Shown one piece after another: positions 34,419 to 43,816 of a DNA stretch of 64,000 nucleotides (position 1 is its first letter; every line of letters starts with the position of its first letter). Source of the DNA: an uncultured Desulfatitalea sp. (GTDB lineage: Bacteria > Desulfobacterota > Desulfobacteria > Desulfobacterales > Desulfosarcinaceae); the NCBI GenBank assembly GCA_963668675.2, contig CAXXMB010000002.1, forward strand, positions 608,001 through 672,000, read 5' to 3'. The translations under genes were made by a program, and so were the position numbers. The notes under the pieces are model-generated. The model searched no databases. It was not told where the DNA came from and saw only the letters and a program-made list of their open reading frames with translations.

Positions 34419-35069
34419 TCATGTCACCGCATCGGTTTCATTCACCGATTGCGACGATGGGTTATTTCCCTCTTCTGATTCCTGCCCGGCCGCACCGATC
34501 CCTTTGATAAACAGCTCGACCAGTGGCGCCGCCATGGAGGTCAGGTCGTGATCCCGTCCCGTATGGATCCAAGTGTTGATCACCTCGTCAACCGCCCCGT
34601 TGATCAGCCGTTTGACCAGTCCGACGTAAAGATCGCTGCGGATCGTTCCCTCTTTCTGCCCCTGGGCTACCACCTGGGAGATCACGTCCCTATACATTTT
34701 GGACATCTGGCGCGTCGGCTCCTGGACCAGACGCCACTGGAGGTGGGTCTCGCCCTGGTAGACGATGGCGCCGGGGGGTTGACTCTGAAACAGATCCAGA
34801 TGGGCATAGACCAGGTTGTTCAGTTTCTCGATAGCGGTCTTGCCCTCTTCGACGGCCTTCCAAAAGCGTTCGGAGACGTGTTCGGTCATCGCCTCGTAAA
34901 ATTGAACCAGGATGTCGTCCTTGTTTTTGAAATAGAGGTAGATGGTGCCGTCAGCAACGCCGGCCTCCTGAGCAATCTGGGAGATGGTGGACTGTGAAAA
35001 CCCCCTCTCGGCAAAAACATTGATGGCCGCCGTCAGAATTTGCTGGTATTTATCGGCATTTCGTTTCAT
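34419..35069 (-). CDS. TetR-family regulator of fatty-acid degradation (Bacillus FadR/YsiA-like)
   Basis: HTH IAQEAGVADGTIYLYFKNKDDIL. Start set at MKRNADK. Confidence 0.9.
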   Translation of the reverse strand: MKRNADKYQQILTAAINVFAERGFSQSTISQIAQEAGVADGTIYLYFKNKDDILVQFYEAMTEHVSERFWKAVEEGKTAIEKLNNLVYAHLDLFQSQPPGAIVYQGETHLQWRLVQEPTRQMSKMYRDVISQVVAQGQKEGTIRSDLYVGLVKRLINGAVDEVINTWIHTGRDHDLTSMAAPLVELFIKGIGAAGQESEEGNNPSSQSVNETDAVT

Positions 35070-35098
35070 TTCCCTGTCCGAAAACCCCTCTCCAAAAA

Positions 35099-35116
35099 TG
35101 AATGAGCATTCACTCA
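35099..35116. promoter_or_regulatory. Second FadR-box-like operator (tetR-acd promoter, probable autoregulation)
   Basis: TGAATGA-gcat-TCACTCA, with TTGACA on the minus strand at 35144-35139. Confidence 0.7.
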
Positions 35117-35413
35117 TTTACCAAAGCCCTTTTCCGCGTGTCAAGTGGTAAAATGGCCTTAAGTTAAAAATCCCCCTACAGTATCAAAAATGCGAGCATT
35201 TTCTCGTGCCGCGACGTCTTAAAAAAGCGACTGTCTATTGACACAGGCCCATATTCCGTTTAGATAAAAAAATTCGGAATCCGCGCGCTGACCGGCTCAA
35301 TCACGGAACATAGCCCCGAATCGCCGTATTTCGTTCAATAAAAAGGGGTTAACATAAAAAACCGACAGTACGAATTCGCAAAGAAAGGCAATAACTTTTG
35401 GAGGTTATATTAA

Positions 35414-36733
35414 ATGGCTGAACAAGCAATCAAACTTGGCGGCAAAAAACAGAGCACCTTCATCGACAAGGTCAAAAAGCTGCTTCCTGAAGGAGGGAAT
35501 CTCAATCTATGCCTGACCTGCGGTGCATGCTCTTCGGGTTGCCCGGCCACAGGCATCGAAGGCATGGATCCGCGTAAATTCCTGCGCATGGCAGCTTTGG
35601 GCATGGACGAGGAGATCACCTCCACCCCATGGGTATGGATGTGCAGCATGTGTACCCGCTGCGTCTATGTCTGCCCCATGAAGATCAACATCCCCCAACT
35701 TGTCTTTTACGCGCGCCAGACATGGCCCAGGGAAGAGCGCCCCAAGGGCATCATCGGTTCGTGCGACATGGCGTTGCGCAATGACACCTGCAGTGCCATG
35801 GGAGCCAGCGAAGAGGATTTCCAGTTTGTGGTCGAGGATGTATTGGAAGAGTACCGTGAAGCCCAACCCGAGTTTGCCGAAATGCAAGCGAACGTTAATA
35901 AGGAAGGGTCGTACTATTTTCTGAATCAAAACTCCCGCGAACCGGTCACTGAACCGGACGAGATGGTGCCGCTGTGGAAAATCCTCCATCTCGCCGGCGC
36001 CGACTGGACCTATGGGACCAAAGGCTGGGCAGCCGAGAACTACTGCATGTTCGCCGCTGACGATGAGGCATGGGAAAAGATCGTACGCACCAAAGTGAAA
36101 GCAGTGGAGGATTTGGGCTGTAAGGTCTGGCTCAATACGGAGTGAGGGCACGAACTCTTCGCGGTCCGGTTCGGACTGCAAAAATTCAACATCGAGCCCA
36201 AATTCGAAATTCAGAGCATCATCCAACTCTATGCCCAGTGGATCCGTGAGGGTAAGCTAAAACCCAGTTCGGAATGGAACAAAGAGCGCAAGATCAAATT
36301 CACCGTCCAGGATCCTTGCCAACTGGTTCGCAAATCGTTTGGCGACCCGGTGGCCGAAGATCTCCGTCTGGTCGTCAGGGCCGTCGTTGGCGAAGAGAAC
36401 TTCATCGACATGTACCCCAACCGCTCGAACAACTTCTGCTGCGGCGGTGGCGGCGGCTTCCTGCAATCCGGTTATCCCGATCAACGCCGCAAGTACGGTG
36501 AGTTGAAGGCCAACCAGATCCTTTCAACAGGGGCCGAATACTGCATCACCCCCTGCCACAACTGCCATGCCCAGGTCCACGACCTGAGCGAGGTTCGGGA
36601 CCATCCGTGGCAGACCGTCCATCTCTGGACCCTGTTGTGCCTCTCTCTGGGGATTTTAGGGCCCAACGAACGGGTCTACCTGGGAGAGGACCTAAGGGAT
36701 GTGGATGTCTTCCATCCTGAGAGTGAGATGTAA
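35414..36733 (+). CDS. Selenocysteine-containing HdrD/GlpC-like 4Fe-4S + CCG-domain oxidoreductase (~439 aa, UGA at 36143-36145)
   Basis: Two CxxCxxCxxxCP motifs. An in-frame TGA lies in WLNTE-U-GH, and the frame stays open through QDPC, CCGGGGG and TPCHNC to TAA 36733. A SECIS-like hairpin follows the TGA. Confidence 0.87.
36161..36179 (+). promoter_or_regulatory. Putative bacterial SECIS element
   Basis: GCGGTCCG-GTT-CGGACTGC hairpin 15 nt after the TGA, with G in the apical loop. Confidence 0.65.
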
Positions 36734-36763
36734 ATAGCCAGATAAAAGTTCAATAGATATGCG

Positions 36764-36800
36764 AAGGCCGGCAGCATTAATGTGCTGCCGGCCTTTTGTT
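36764..36800 (+). terminator. Terminator of the CCG selenoprotein gene
   Basis: aaggccggcagca...tgctgccggcctttt. Confidence 0.75.
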
Positions 36801-36861
36801 TTCTTTTAGCAGTTTGCATCAGTGGGCGATCGTCATAATGCTTGTATGGAGCTTAAAATTG

Positions 36862-36900
36862 AAACAGGCCGATCCGCTGGATTGCGGATCGGCCTGTTTT
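36862..36900 (-). terminator. Terminator hairpin downstream of fdh
   Basis: aaacaggccgatccgc...gcggatcggcctgttt. Confidence 0.7.
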
Positions 36901-36926
36901 GGTTCTGATGGGCGATAAATAGGTGT

Positions 36927-39692
36927 TTAGGCCGCCTTGTCTATTTTAACGGCGCACACCTTGAACTCGGGTATGCCGGAGACCGGATCTAATGCCGCGT
37001 TGGTCAACTGGTTCGCTGCACCCTTGGCAAAGTGAAAGGGGATAAAGACGGTGCCGCCGACGGCCTTGGACAAAATCCTGGCCCGGACGGCGATCGAGCC
37101 GCGTCGCGAGGCGATGTTCACCATGTCGCCTTCCACGATGTTGAATCTCTCCGCATCCGCTCTGGAGATCTCCACATAGGATTCGGGGGCACGGTCGTTG
37201 AGATCGGCACTCTTCATGGTCATGGTACCGGTGTGGTATTGATAGAGAAGGCGTCCGGTCGTCAGGTAGAGCGGATATTCGTCATCCACCTGCTCGGCCG
37301 GCGGAATCCACTCGATGGCATGAAATTTACCCAGCCCCCGGGTAAACTGTTGTCCATGCAAGATGGGCGTTCCCGGATGGTCGCTGGTGGGACAGGGCCA
37401 ATGAATCCCTTCGGCATCGATGCGATCGTAAGTCAGTCCGGCGTAAGAGGGGGTGACCCGGCAGATCTCTTCGAAAATTTCGCGACTGTTCGCATAGGAC
37501 ATATCATAGCCCATGCGCTTGGCGATTTCACAGGTGATCCACCAGTCATCCTTCGCTTCTCCGGGCGGATTAACGGCCTTACGCACCCGCTGGACGCGGC
37601 GTTCGGTGTTGGAGAAGGTACCCTCTTTTTCCGCAAAGCAGGCCGAAGGAAGCACCACGTCGGCCATCTTAGCGGTCTCAGTCAGGAAGATGTCCTGGAC
37701 CACGAGGAAATCCATATTCTTGAACGCCTTTTCGGCATGGCGAAGATCGGGGTCCGAAACCATGGGGTTCTCCCCGATGATGTAGAGACTTTTGAATTTG
37801 CCCTCGATGGCATTGGGAAGCATCTCGGTCACCTTCAACCCGATCTTGGTCTCCAGCCCCTCAACGCCCCATGCATCTTCCATCTTCTTGGCCGCGGCCA
37901 GATCCCCCACCGGCTGATAACCGGTATAGACGTTGGGCAGACCGCCCATGTCACAGGCCCCTTGAACGTTGTTCTGTCCGCGCAGCGGATTAACGCCGCC
38001 GCCGGCCATGCCCAGATTGCCGGTCAGCATCGAAAGGTTGGCCAGGGATTTGACGTTGTCGGTGCCGCTGATGTGCTGGGTGATGCCCATGCAGTAGAGA
38101 ATACTGCCGGTGCGGGCGCCGGCAAAAAGCTTGGCGGCTGCCACCAGGCTCTCGGCCGGAATGCCGGTGATGCCTTCGACAAATTCGGGTGTATATTTTT
38201 CCACCTGCTGCCGCAGCTCTTCGAACCCTTCGGTGCGCTTCTCGACAAACTCGGCGTCGTGCAGCTTCTCTTTGATGATGACGTGCATCATACCGTTGAT
38301 CCACGCCACGTCGGTGCCCAGGTTGGGACGCAGCCACTGCTGTGCGAACTCGGTCATCTTGATACGCCGCGGGTCGACTACGATCAGTTTGGCGCCCCTG
38401 AATTTCACGGCACGCTTGACAAAGGTGGAGAGCACCGGGTGGTTCTCACTGGTATTGGACCCGGTGATCAAAATGACATCGGCGGTTTCGATATCGGCAA
38501 TGGTGTTGGTCATTGCACCCGAACCAAACGCTGCGGCCAGCCCGGCCACGGTGGAGCTATGTCAGAGCCGGGCACAGTGATCGACATTGTTGGTTTTGAG
38601 CACCGCCCGGGTAAATTTCTGGGCAATGTAATTCTCCTCGTTGGTCACGCGTGCTGAGGTAAGAACGCCCATCTTGTCGCTGCCGTGGGTATCCCTCACC
38701 TCCTTCAGTCGACCGGCGACCAGATCCAGCGCTTCATCCCAGGTGGCCTCCCGGAATTTTCCGCTCTCTTTGATCAGGGGATGGGTGAGACGCTCCTCGG
38801 ATCCGATAAAATGGTAGCCGAAACGGCCCTTGACGCAGAGGCTCCCGTGGTTGGGGGCAGCATCGACGCCGGTCACCTTGACCACCCGGTTGTCTTTGAC
38901 GTGCAGGTAGAGCTGACACCCTACCCCGCAGTAGCTGCAGGTGGTGCGCACCTTGCGGGTCTCCCAGGGGCGCACCTTATAGCGCACGTCTTTCTCCACC
39001 AGGGCCCCCACCGGACATGCCTGCACACACTCACCGCAAAAGACGCAGTCCGAATCCTTCAGGGCACGGTCCCCGGCGGCGACAATTTTCGAGTCCGGCC
39101 CCCGGTATCCGAAATTGATGGCGTTATTGACCTGAACCTCGTTGCAAGCCTGAACACACCGGCCGCACTGGATGCAGCGTGAAAAATCCCTGACGATAAA
39201 CGGATTGACCGTCTCCATTGGATAGCGCGTCGGTGTCGCGGCAAACCGCTCACCACTGACCTGGTAGCGGTAAGCCAGATCCTGAAGGCGGCAATCGCCC
39301 CATACCGGGCAGAGTTCACCGCTGTTGTCCTCATCCTGCACCTTGAGCTGAAATGCGGTCCACTCCTGGTCGTCCGACCCACGCACCGCACAGTTGTGGT
39401 TGCCCGAGCTGAGCATCAACTGCAGCACCAGCCTGCGCGCCTCTATCACGGCGGGTGATTCTGTCTGGACGAGCATACCGGGCGTCGCCGGTGTTGCACA
39501 CGAGGCAAGCAGGGTTCGTGCGCCTTCGACCTCAACAACGCAGATGCGGCACGCCCCTGTGGGGGTGGTCCCCTTCAGGTGACACAGGGTGGGGATATCG
39601 ATATCGTTGCGGCGTGCAACCTCCAGAATTGTTTCGCCGCTTTCAAAACTCAGCTCATGGCCGTTTATGGTGATGATTTGCTGTGCACTCAT
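36927..39692 (-). CDS. fdhF: Formate dehydrogenase alpha subunit, selenocysteine-containing (~921 aa, UGA at 38564-38562)
   Basis: N-terminal 2Fe-2S/4Fe-4S domains and CSYCGVGC. The canonical active site DHCARL-U-HSSTVAGL joins ORFs 38562..39743 and 36927..38549 in frame. RGQNNVQG and PEFKVCAV are present; no Tat signal. Confidence 0.94.
38533..38549 (-). promoter_or_regulatory. Putative SECIS element of fdh
   Basis: Minus strand GTGGCC-GGGCT-GGCCGC hairpin 12 nt after the TGA. Confidence 0.6.
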
Positions 39693-39786
39693 ACCCGCGT
39701 TTTCTCCTTGGAAATTGGGGTTTCTTCTTCGTGAGCATATCAAACGATGGTCGCCTACTATTAGATAAATTGGGCGATTTTGTCAA

Positions 39787-40185
39787 TCAAAGGGGCCGTT
39801 TCCGGGCAACTGTTTTCCAATATAGAGTGGCACCCACCATTGCACCGACAAGATCTGCCAGCAGATCCATCAGGTCGGCCGACCGGGCAGCCACAAAGCT
39901 CTGGTGCCACTCGTCCAGACCGCCGTATAGCGTCGTCAATACAACAGCAGTGACAAACAACTTCCCCCTCCTGCCCCTCCAGGCGGCTACCGTATTGAAG
40001 GCACGGCAGAAAAGGATAGAGAGCAGGCCATAAATCCCTGTGTGGCCGATCTTGTCCGAATAGGGCCATGTGGGAAGCGTATCGGGGGTGGCGAAAGAGG
40101 ACTGGATGAAAATGATCGCGCACCATAGCGCCGGAGGCAGCCAATACCAGATCAAACGCAATTTGGGATCGCTCACCCCGTTCAT
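39787..40185 (-). CDS. VanZ family membrane protein
   Basis: DKIGH..Y, YGGLDEWHQSFVAARS and DLLAD. Confidence 0.88.
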   Translation of the reverse strand: MNGVSDPKLRLIWYWLPPALWCAIIFIQSSFATPDTLPTWPYSDKIGHTGIYGLLSILFCRAFNTVAAWRGRRGKLFVTAVVLTTLYGGLDEWHQSFVAARSADLMDLLADLVGAMVGATLYWKTVARKRPL

Positions 40186-40230
40186 ACCGGTTTCCAGTCC
40201 TATTAAAGAGGCGTCGGTTGCGTCTATCGG

Positions 40231-42144
40231 CTACCAGTCGAATTCCAGGTCGAGTCGCCGCTTCCGGATATGCTCCAACACCTTTTCCTCGAACAGCGCC
40301 ATTGGGATACCGTGTCGGACCTGGCCATCAAGGGTGCGCACCGAAACCGTCCCCGCCTCTTTCTCCTTGGCGCCACAGGTCAGAATCAGTGGAATTTTGG
40401 CAAGCTGGGCGTCACGCACCTTTCGATTGAGGCTCTCCGATCGATTGTCCACCTCCGTTCTCAGACCGCTGCGCTCCAGACGGGCCGAAACCTCGTCGGC
40501 AAATGGAATCAGATCATCGTTGATCGGCAGAATGCCAACCTGAACCGGTGCCAGCCAGAGGGGGAACTGGCCGGCAAAATGCTCGACCAGGATACCGAAA
40601 AAGCGTTCGATGGATCCGTAGACCACCCGATGGATCATGATCGGCCGATGGCGTTCGTTGTCCCTCCCGATGTAAGTGAGGTCGAAGCGTTCGGGCAGGG
40701 ACATGTCGAGTTGCACGGTGCCGCACTGCCACGTTCGGCCGAGGGCATCTTTGATATGGATATCGATCTTCGGGCCGTAAAAAGCGCCGTCGCCCTCATT
40801 GACTTTGTATTCGGCGCCATACGCCTTCAGGGCTGCTTCGAGCCCGTTGGTGGCCATGGCCCACTGCTCATCGTTGCCGATCGATTTTTCCGGACGCGTT
40901 GAAAGCTCCAGGTGAAATCCCAGGCCGAAGGTGCTGTAGATACGCTCCACCAGTTTCAACACCCCCAGAATCTCATCCTGGATCTGATCCGGGGTCATGA
41001 AGATATGGGCATCGTCCTGATGAAAGGCCCTCACCCTGAAGAGACCGTTGAGCACGCCGCTCAATTCGTGGCGGTGCACCAGGCCGATCTCCCCGGCACG
41101 CAACGGCAGATCCCGATAGGAATGGTGCTTGCGGCCGAAGAGCAACATGCCGCCCGGGCAGTTCATCGGCTTGATGGCATAGTCGACCTCATCGATCTTG
41201 GCGGTATACATGTTCTCTCGGTAATTTTCCCAGTGGCCGCTGCGCTCCCACAGTTTCCGTTGGAGCATGATGGGGGTCTTGGTCTCCACATAGCCGTCGG
41301 CACGGTGCTCCTCACGCCAGTAATCGAGCAGGGCGTTCCACATGGCCATGCCCTTGGGGTGGAAAAAGGGCATCCCGGGCGCTTCGTCGTGGAAACTGAA
41401 CAGATCCAGGGCCGTTCCGATGCGCCGATGGTTTCGCTTGCGGGCCTCCTCTATAAAGGTCAGGTAGGCCTTGAGTTCCTTCTTGTCGAAATAGGCGGTA
41501 CCGTAAATTCGCTGGAGTTGGGCGTTGTTCTGATCCGCCCGCCAGTAGGCCCCCGACACCTTCATCAACTTGAACGCCTTGACAAAGCCGGTGTTGGGCA
41601 CATGGGGCCCTCTGCAAAGATCGGCAAAGTCGCCCTGACGGTAGAGCGAGATGGTGCCGTCCTCGAGGGCGTTGATCATCTCCAGTTTATAGGGCTCCCC
41701 TGCATACTCGGCGAGCGCCTCGGCCTTTGACACCTCCTGCCGCTGGATGGGCAACTTCTCTTTGACGATCTTCTTCATCTCCGCTTCGATGCGGTCAAAC
41801 GCCTCTTCGGAGATCGGCTCCATATCGATATCATAATAGAAGCCGTCCTCGACCACCGGTCCAATGGTCAGCTTGGCGTCCGGATAGATCCTCAGTATGG
41901 CCTGGGCCATGACATGGGCAGCGCTGTGGCGCATGATCTCCAGGCCCTCTTCGTCCTTGATGGTGATAAACCGAACGCTGCTATCGCTATCGATACGGGC
42001 GGCGAGGTCCCTCTTCAAACCGTCGATCTCCATGGCGACGCAGTTGCGGGCAAACCCCTCGGAGATGCTCTGGGCCACCTCGAAACCCGCAGGGGCGTGT
42101 TCAAATTGCTTTAAGCTCCCGTCAGGAAGTGTTATATTGATCAT
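40231..42144 (-). CDS. thrS: Threonine-tRNA ligase
   Basis: TGS domain start MINITLPDG, RHSAAH, DLCRGPH, KPMNCP, YGPKID and IHR. Confidence 0.97.
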   Translation of the reverse strand: MINITLPDGSLKQFEHAPAGFEVAQSISEGFARNCVAMEIDGLKRDLAARIDSDSSVRFITIKDEEGLEIMRHSAAHVMAQAILRIYPDAKLTIGPVVEDGFYYDIDMEPISEEAFDRIEAEMKKIVKEKLPIQRQEVSKAEALAEYAGEPYKLEMINALEDGTISLYRQGDFADLCRGPHVPNTGFVKAFKLMKVSGAYWRADQNNAQLQRIYGTAYFDKKELKAYLTFIEEARKRNHRRIGTALDLFSFHDEAPGMPFFHPKGMAMWNALLDYWREEHRADGYVETKTPIMLQRKLWERSGHWENYRENMYTAKIDEVDYAIKPMNCPGGMLLFGRKHHSYRDLPLRAGEIGLVHRHELSGVLNGLFRVRAFHQDDAHIFMTPDQIQDEILGVLKLVERIYSTFGLGFHLELSTRPEKSIGNDEQWAMATNGLEAALKAYGAEYKVNEGDGAFYGPKIDIHIKDALGRTWQCGTVQLDMSLPERFDLTYIGRDNERHRPIMIHRVVYGSIERFFGILVEHFAGQFPLWLAPVQVGILPINDDLIPFADEVSARLERSGLRTEVDNRSESLNRKVRDAQLAKIPLILTCGAKEKEAGTVSVRTLDGQVRHGIPMALFEEKVLEHIRKRRLDLEFDW

Positions 42145-42350
42145 TTGTGAAAGCCTTCCTCTGTTCCGGGCGATCACCCGTTCCCAAAATCGGCAACGTG
42201 CCGGCCTTGGTCAGGGCGTTCAACCGCAGAACGGTAGGTTAAGTTGCGACGACAAAAATATAACCGTCTGATTCAGTCGCGTAGATGCAAGCTAACCATC
42301 GGTTATTAGATGCAAACCAATAAAATGAATCAAGTAGGAGAAATACCCCT

Positions 42351-43514
42351 GTGGGTCAAGTGAAAAATATATCAGAACCACCTCACCCCGGCTATGAGTT
42401 CATCGAAACAGATGCCGCATTGCTGGAATTTGCCCGTTCGGCTCGTCAGGCGGGTATGCTGGCCGTCGATCTGGAAGCCGACTCCATGTACCACTACCGT
42501 GAGAAGGTGTGTCTGCTCCAGATGGCGGCCAACGGCCATACCGTCGTGCTCGACCCTCTAAAAGTGCCCGATCTCTCTGCATTGCGCCCCATTTTCAGCA
42601 ACGAACGAATCTGCAAAGTGTTTCATGGCGCCGATTACGACGTGCGCTCCTTGTATCGCGATTTCGACATCACCATCAACAACCTTTTCGACACTCAATT
42701 GGCCAGCATGTACCTTGGATGCACCGAAACCAGTCTGGAGGCGGTGGTATTCCATCGGTTCGGCGTCCATCTGGACAAGAAGTATCAAAAGAAAGATTGG
42801 TCCTGCCGCCCGCTGCCGCCCCAGATGGTGGCCTATGCCGCCTCCGACGTCATCTATCTGATCCCCCTGGCAAAAATGCTTCAGCAGGAGCTCGATGAGA
42901 AGGGTCGCCTTGCCTGGGTCGAAGAGGGATGCCATCTGCTCAGTCAAGTCAGGCCCCAGGAGAACAGCCAACCGATGTTTCTGAAAATCAGAGGCGCGGG
43001 CAGGCTGACGCCGCGTCAGTTGGCGATACTCGAAGCGCTTCTGCAACTGCGGGACCGGTTGGCCCGTCAAAAGGACCGCCCCCTGTTTAAGGTGATCAGC
43101 AATGCCGCCCTGCTGAAAATCGCCACCACCGCGCCAACAGACCCGGATCGCCTGGCCAAAAGCCAGGCGCTGAGCAACAAACAGATGGAGATGTACGGTC
43201 ATGCGATCCTCACCGCCGTGAAAAAGGGGTGCTGCCTCAAAAGGGCGCAGCTTCCGATCTACCCTCGCCAAAAGTCTCCCCGCCTCTCCCCTCGCATTCC
43301 CAAACGCGTAAAAGCCCTGCGGAACTGGCGCGACCGCCAGGCGGCCGATCTCAATCTCGATCCACCCCTGCTGTTCAATAAGGCACTGCTTCGCGATATA
43401 GCCGTCTGCAAACCGGAAGCGATGAAGGATTTGAGGCAAATCCCGAACATGCAGCAATGGCAGGCGGATGCATTCGGCAGACAACTATTAGATATTATTA
43501 ATAATATGCCATAA
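42351..43514 (+). CDS. rnd: Ribonuclease D (DEDDy exonuclease + HRDC)
   Basis: AVDLEAD, HGADYD, FDTQLA, DWS.RPL, YAASDV and C-terminal HRDC domains. Confidence 0.9.
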   Translation: MGQVKNISEPPHPGYEFIETDAALLEFARSARQAGMLAVDLEADSMYHYREKVCLLQMAANGHTVVLDPLKVPDLSALRPIFSNERICKVFHGADYDVRSLYRDFDITINNLFDTQLASMYLGCTETSLEAVVFHRFGVHLDKKYQKKDWSCRPLPPQMVAYAASDVIYLIPLAKMLQQELDEKGRLAWVEEGCHLLSQVRPQENSQPMFLKIRGAGRLTPRQLAILEALLQLRDRLARQKDRPLFKVISNAALLKIATTAPTDPDRLAKSQALSNKQMEMYGHAILTAVKKGCCLKRAQLPIYPRQKSPRLSPRIPKRVKALRNWRDRQAADLNLDPPLLFNKALLRDIAVCKPEAMKDLRQIPNMQQWQADAFGRQLLDIINNMP

Positions 43515-43563
43515 ACGACAACTCCTGGTGCTTCAAACAAATTTAAGTTGCGTCCATCGCGCC

Positions 43564-43579
43564 AGGCACTATAATTGTA
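43564..43579 (+). promoter_or_regulatory. Possible sigma54 (-24/-12) promoter of the prkA operon
   Basis: AGGCAC-TATAA-TTGTA versus TGGCAC-N5-TTGCA. The conserved -12 C is replaced by T. Confidence 0.35.
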
Positions 43580-43633
43580 AAGTAAGGATTCCAAAGCAAA
43601 CGCTACACCTTGTTTGAAACGGACCGCGTCCCT

Positions 43634-43670
43634 AAAGCGACTGACAAAGCTACTGACAAAGCTACTGACA
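43634..43670. repeat. 12-bp tandem repeat x3
   Basis: AAAGCGACTGAC AAAGCTACTGAC AAAGCTACTGAC. Confidence 0.85.
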
Positions 43671-43816
43671 GATCTGCCAACTGCCCAGCCCTCTCCTCTT
43701 TCATCCGTACGTTCGACGCAGGATAGATGCACGCTTTAAGATAACAACAGCCAACCGGCGGGCGCACCTGCTTTAATGCGCAGGCAACCCTTTCCTACCA
43801 ACCACGGGGGGACATC

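Noticed and set aside
37032..38657. 541-aa ORF on the + strand
   Set aside because: Antisense shadow of fdh with no recognisable motifs, expected from GC-rich codon bias.
35414..39692. Reading the two TGA-split genes as pseudogenes
   Set aside because: Both TGAs fall at Cys/Sec-type motif positions, stay in frame and are followed by SECIS-like hairpins.
43634..43670. Direct repeats as a CRISPR array
   Set aside because: The 12-bp units have no spacers and there are no cas genes.
43590..43690. c-di-GMP-I (GEMM) riboswitch-like words (GCAAAC...GAAA...CTGCC)
   Set aside because: The required stems and the GACGCAAA junction cannot be formed.
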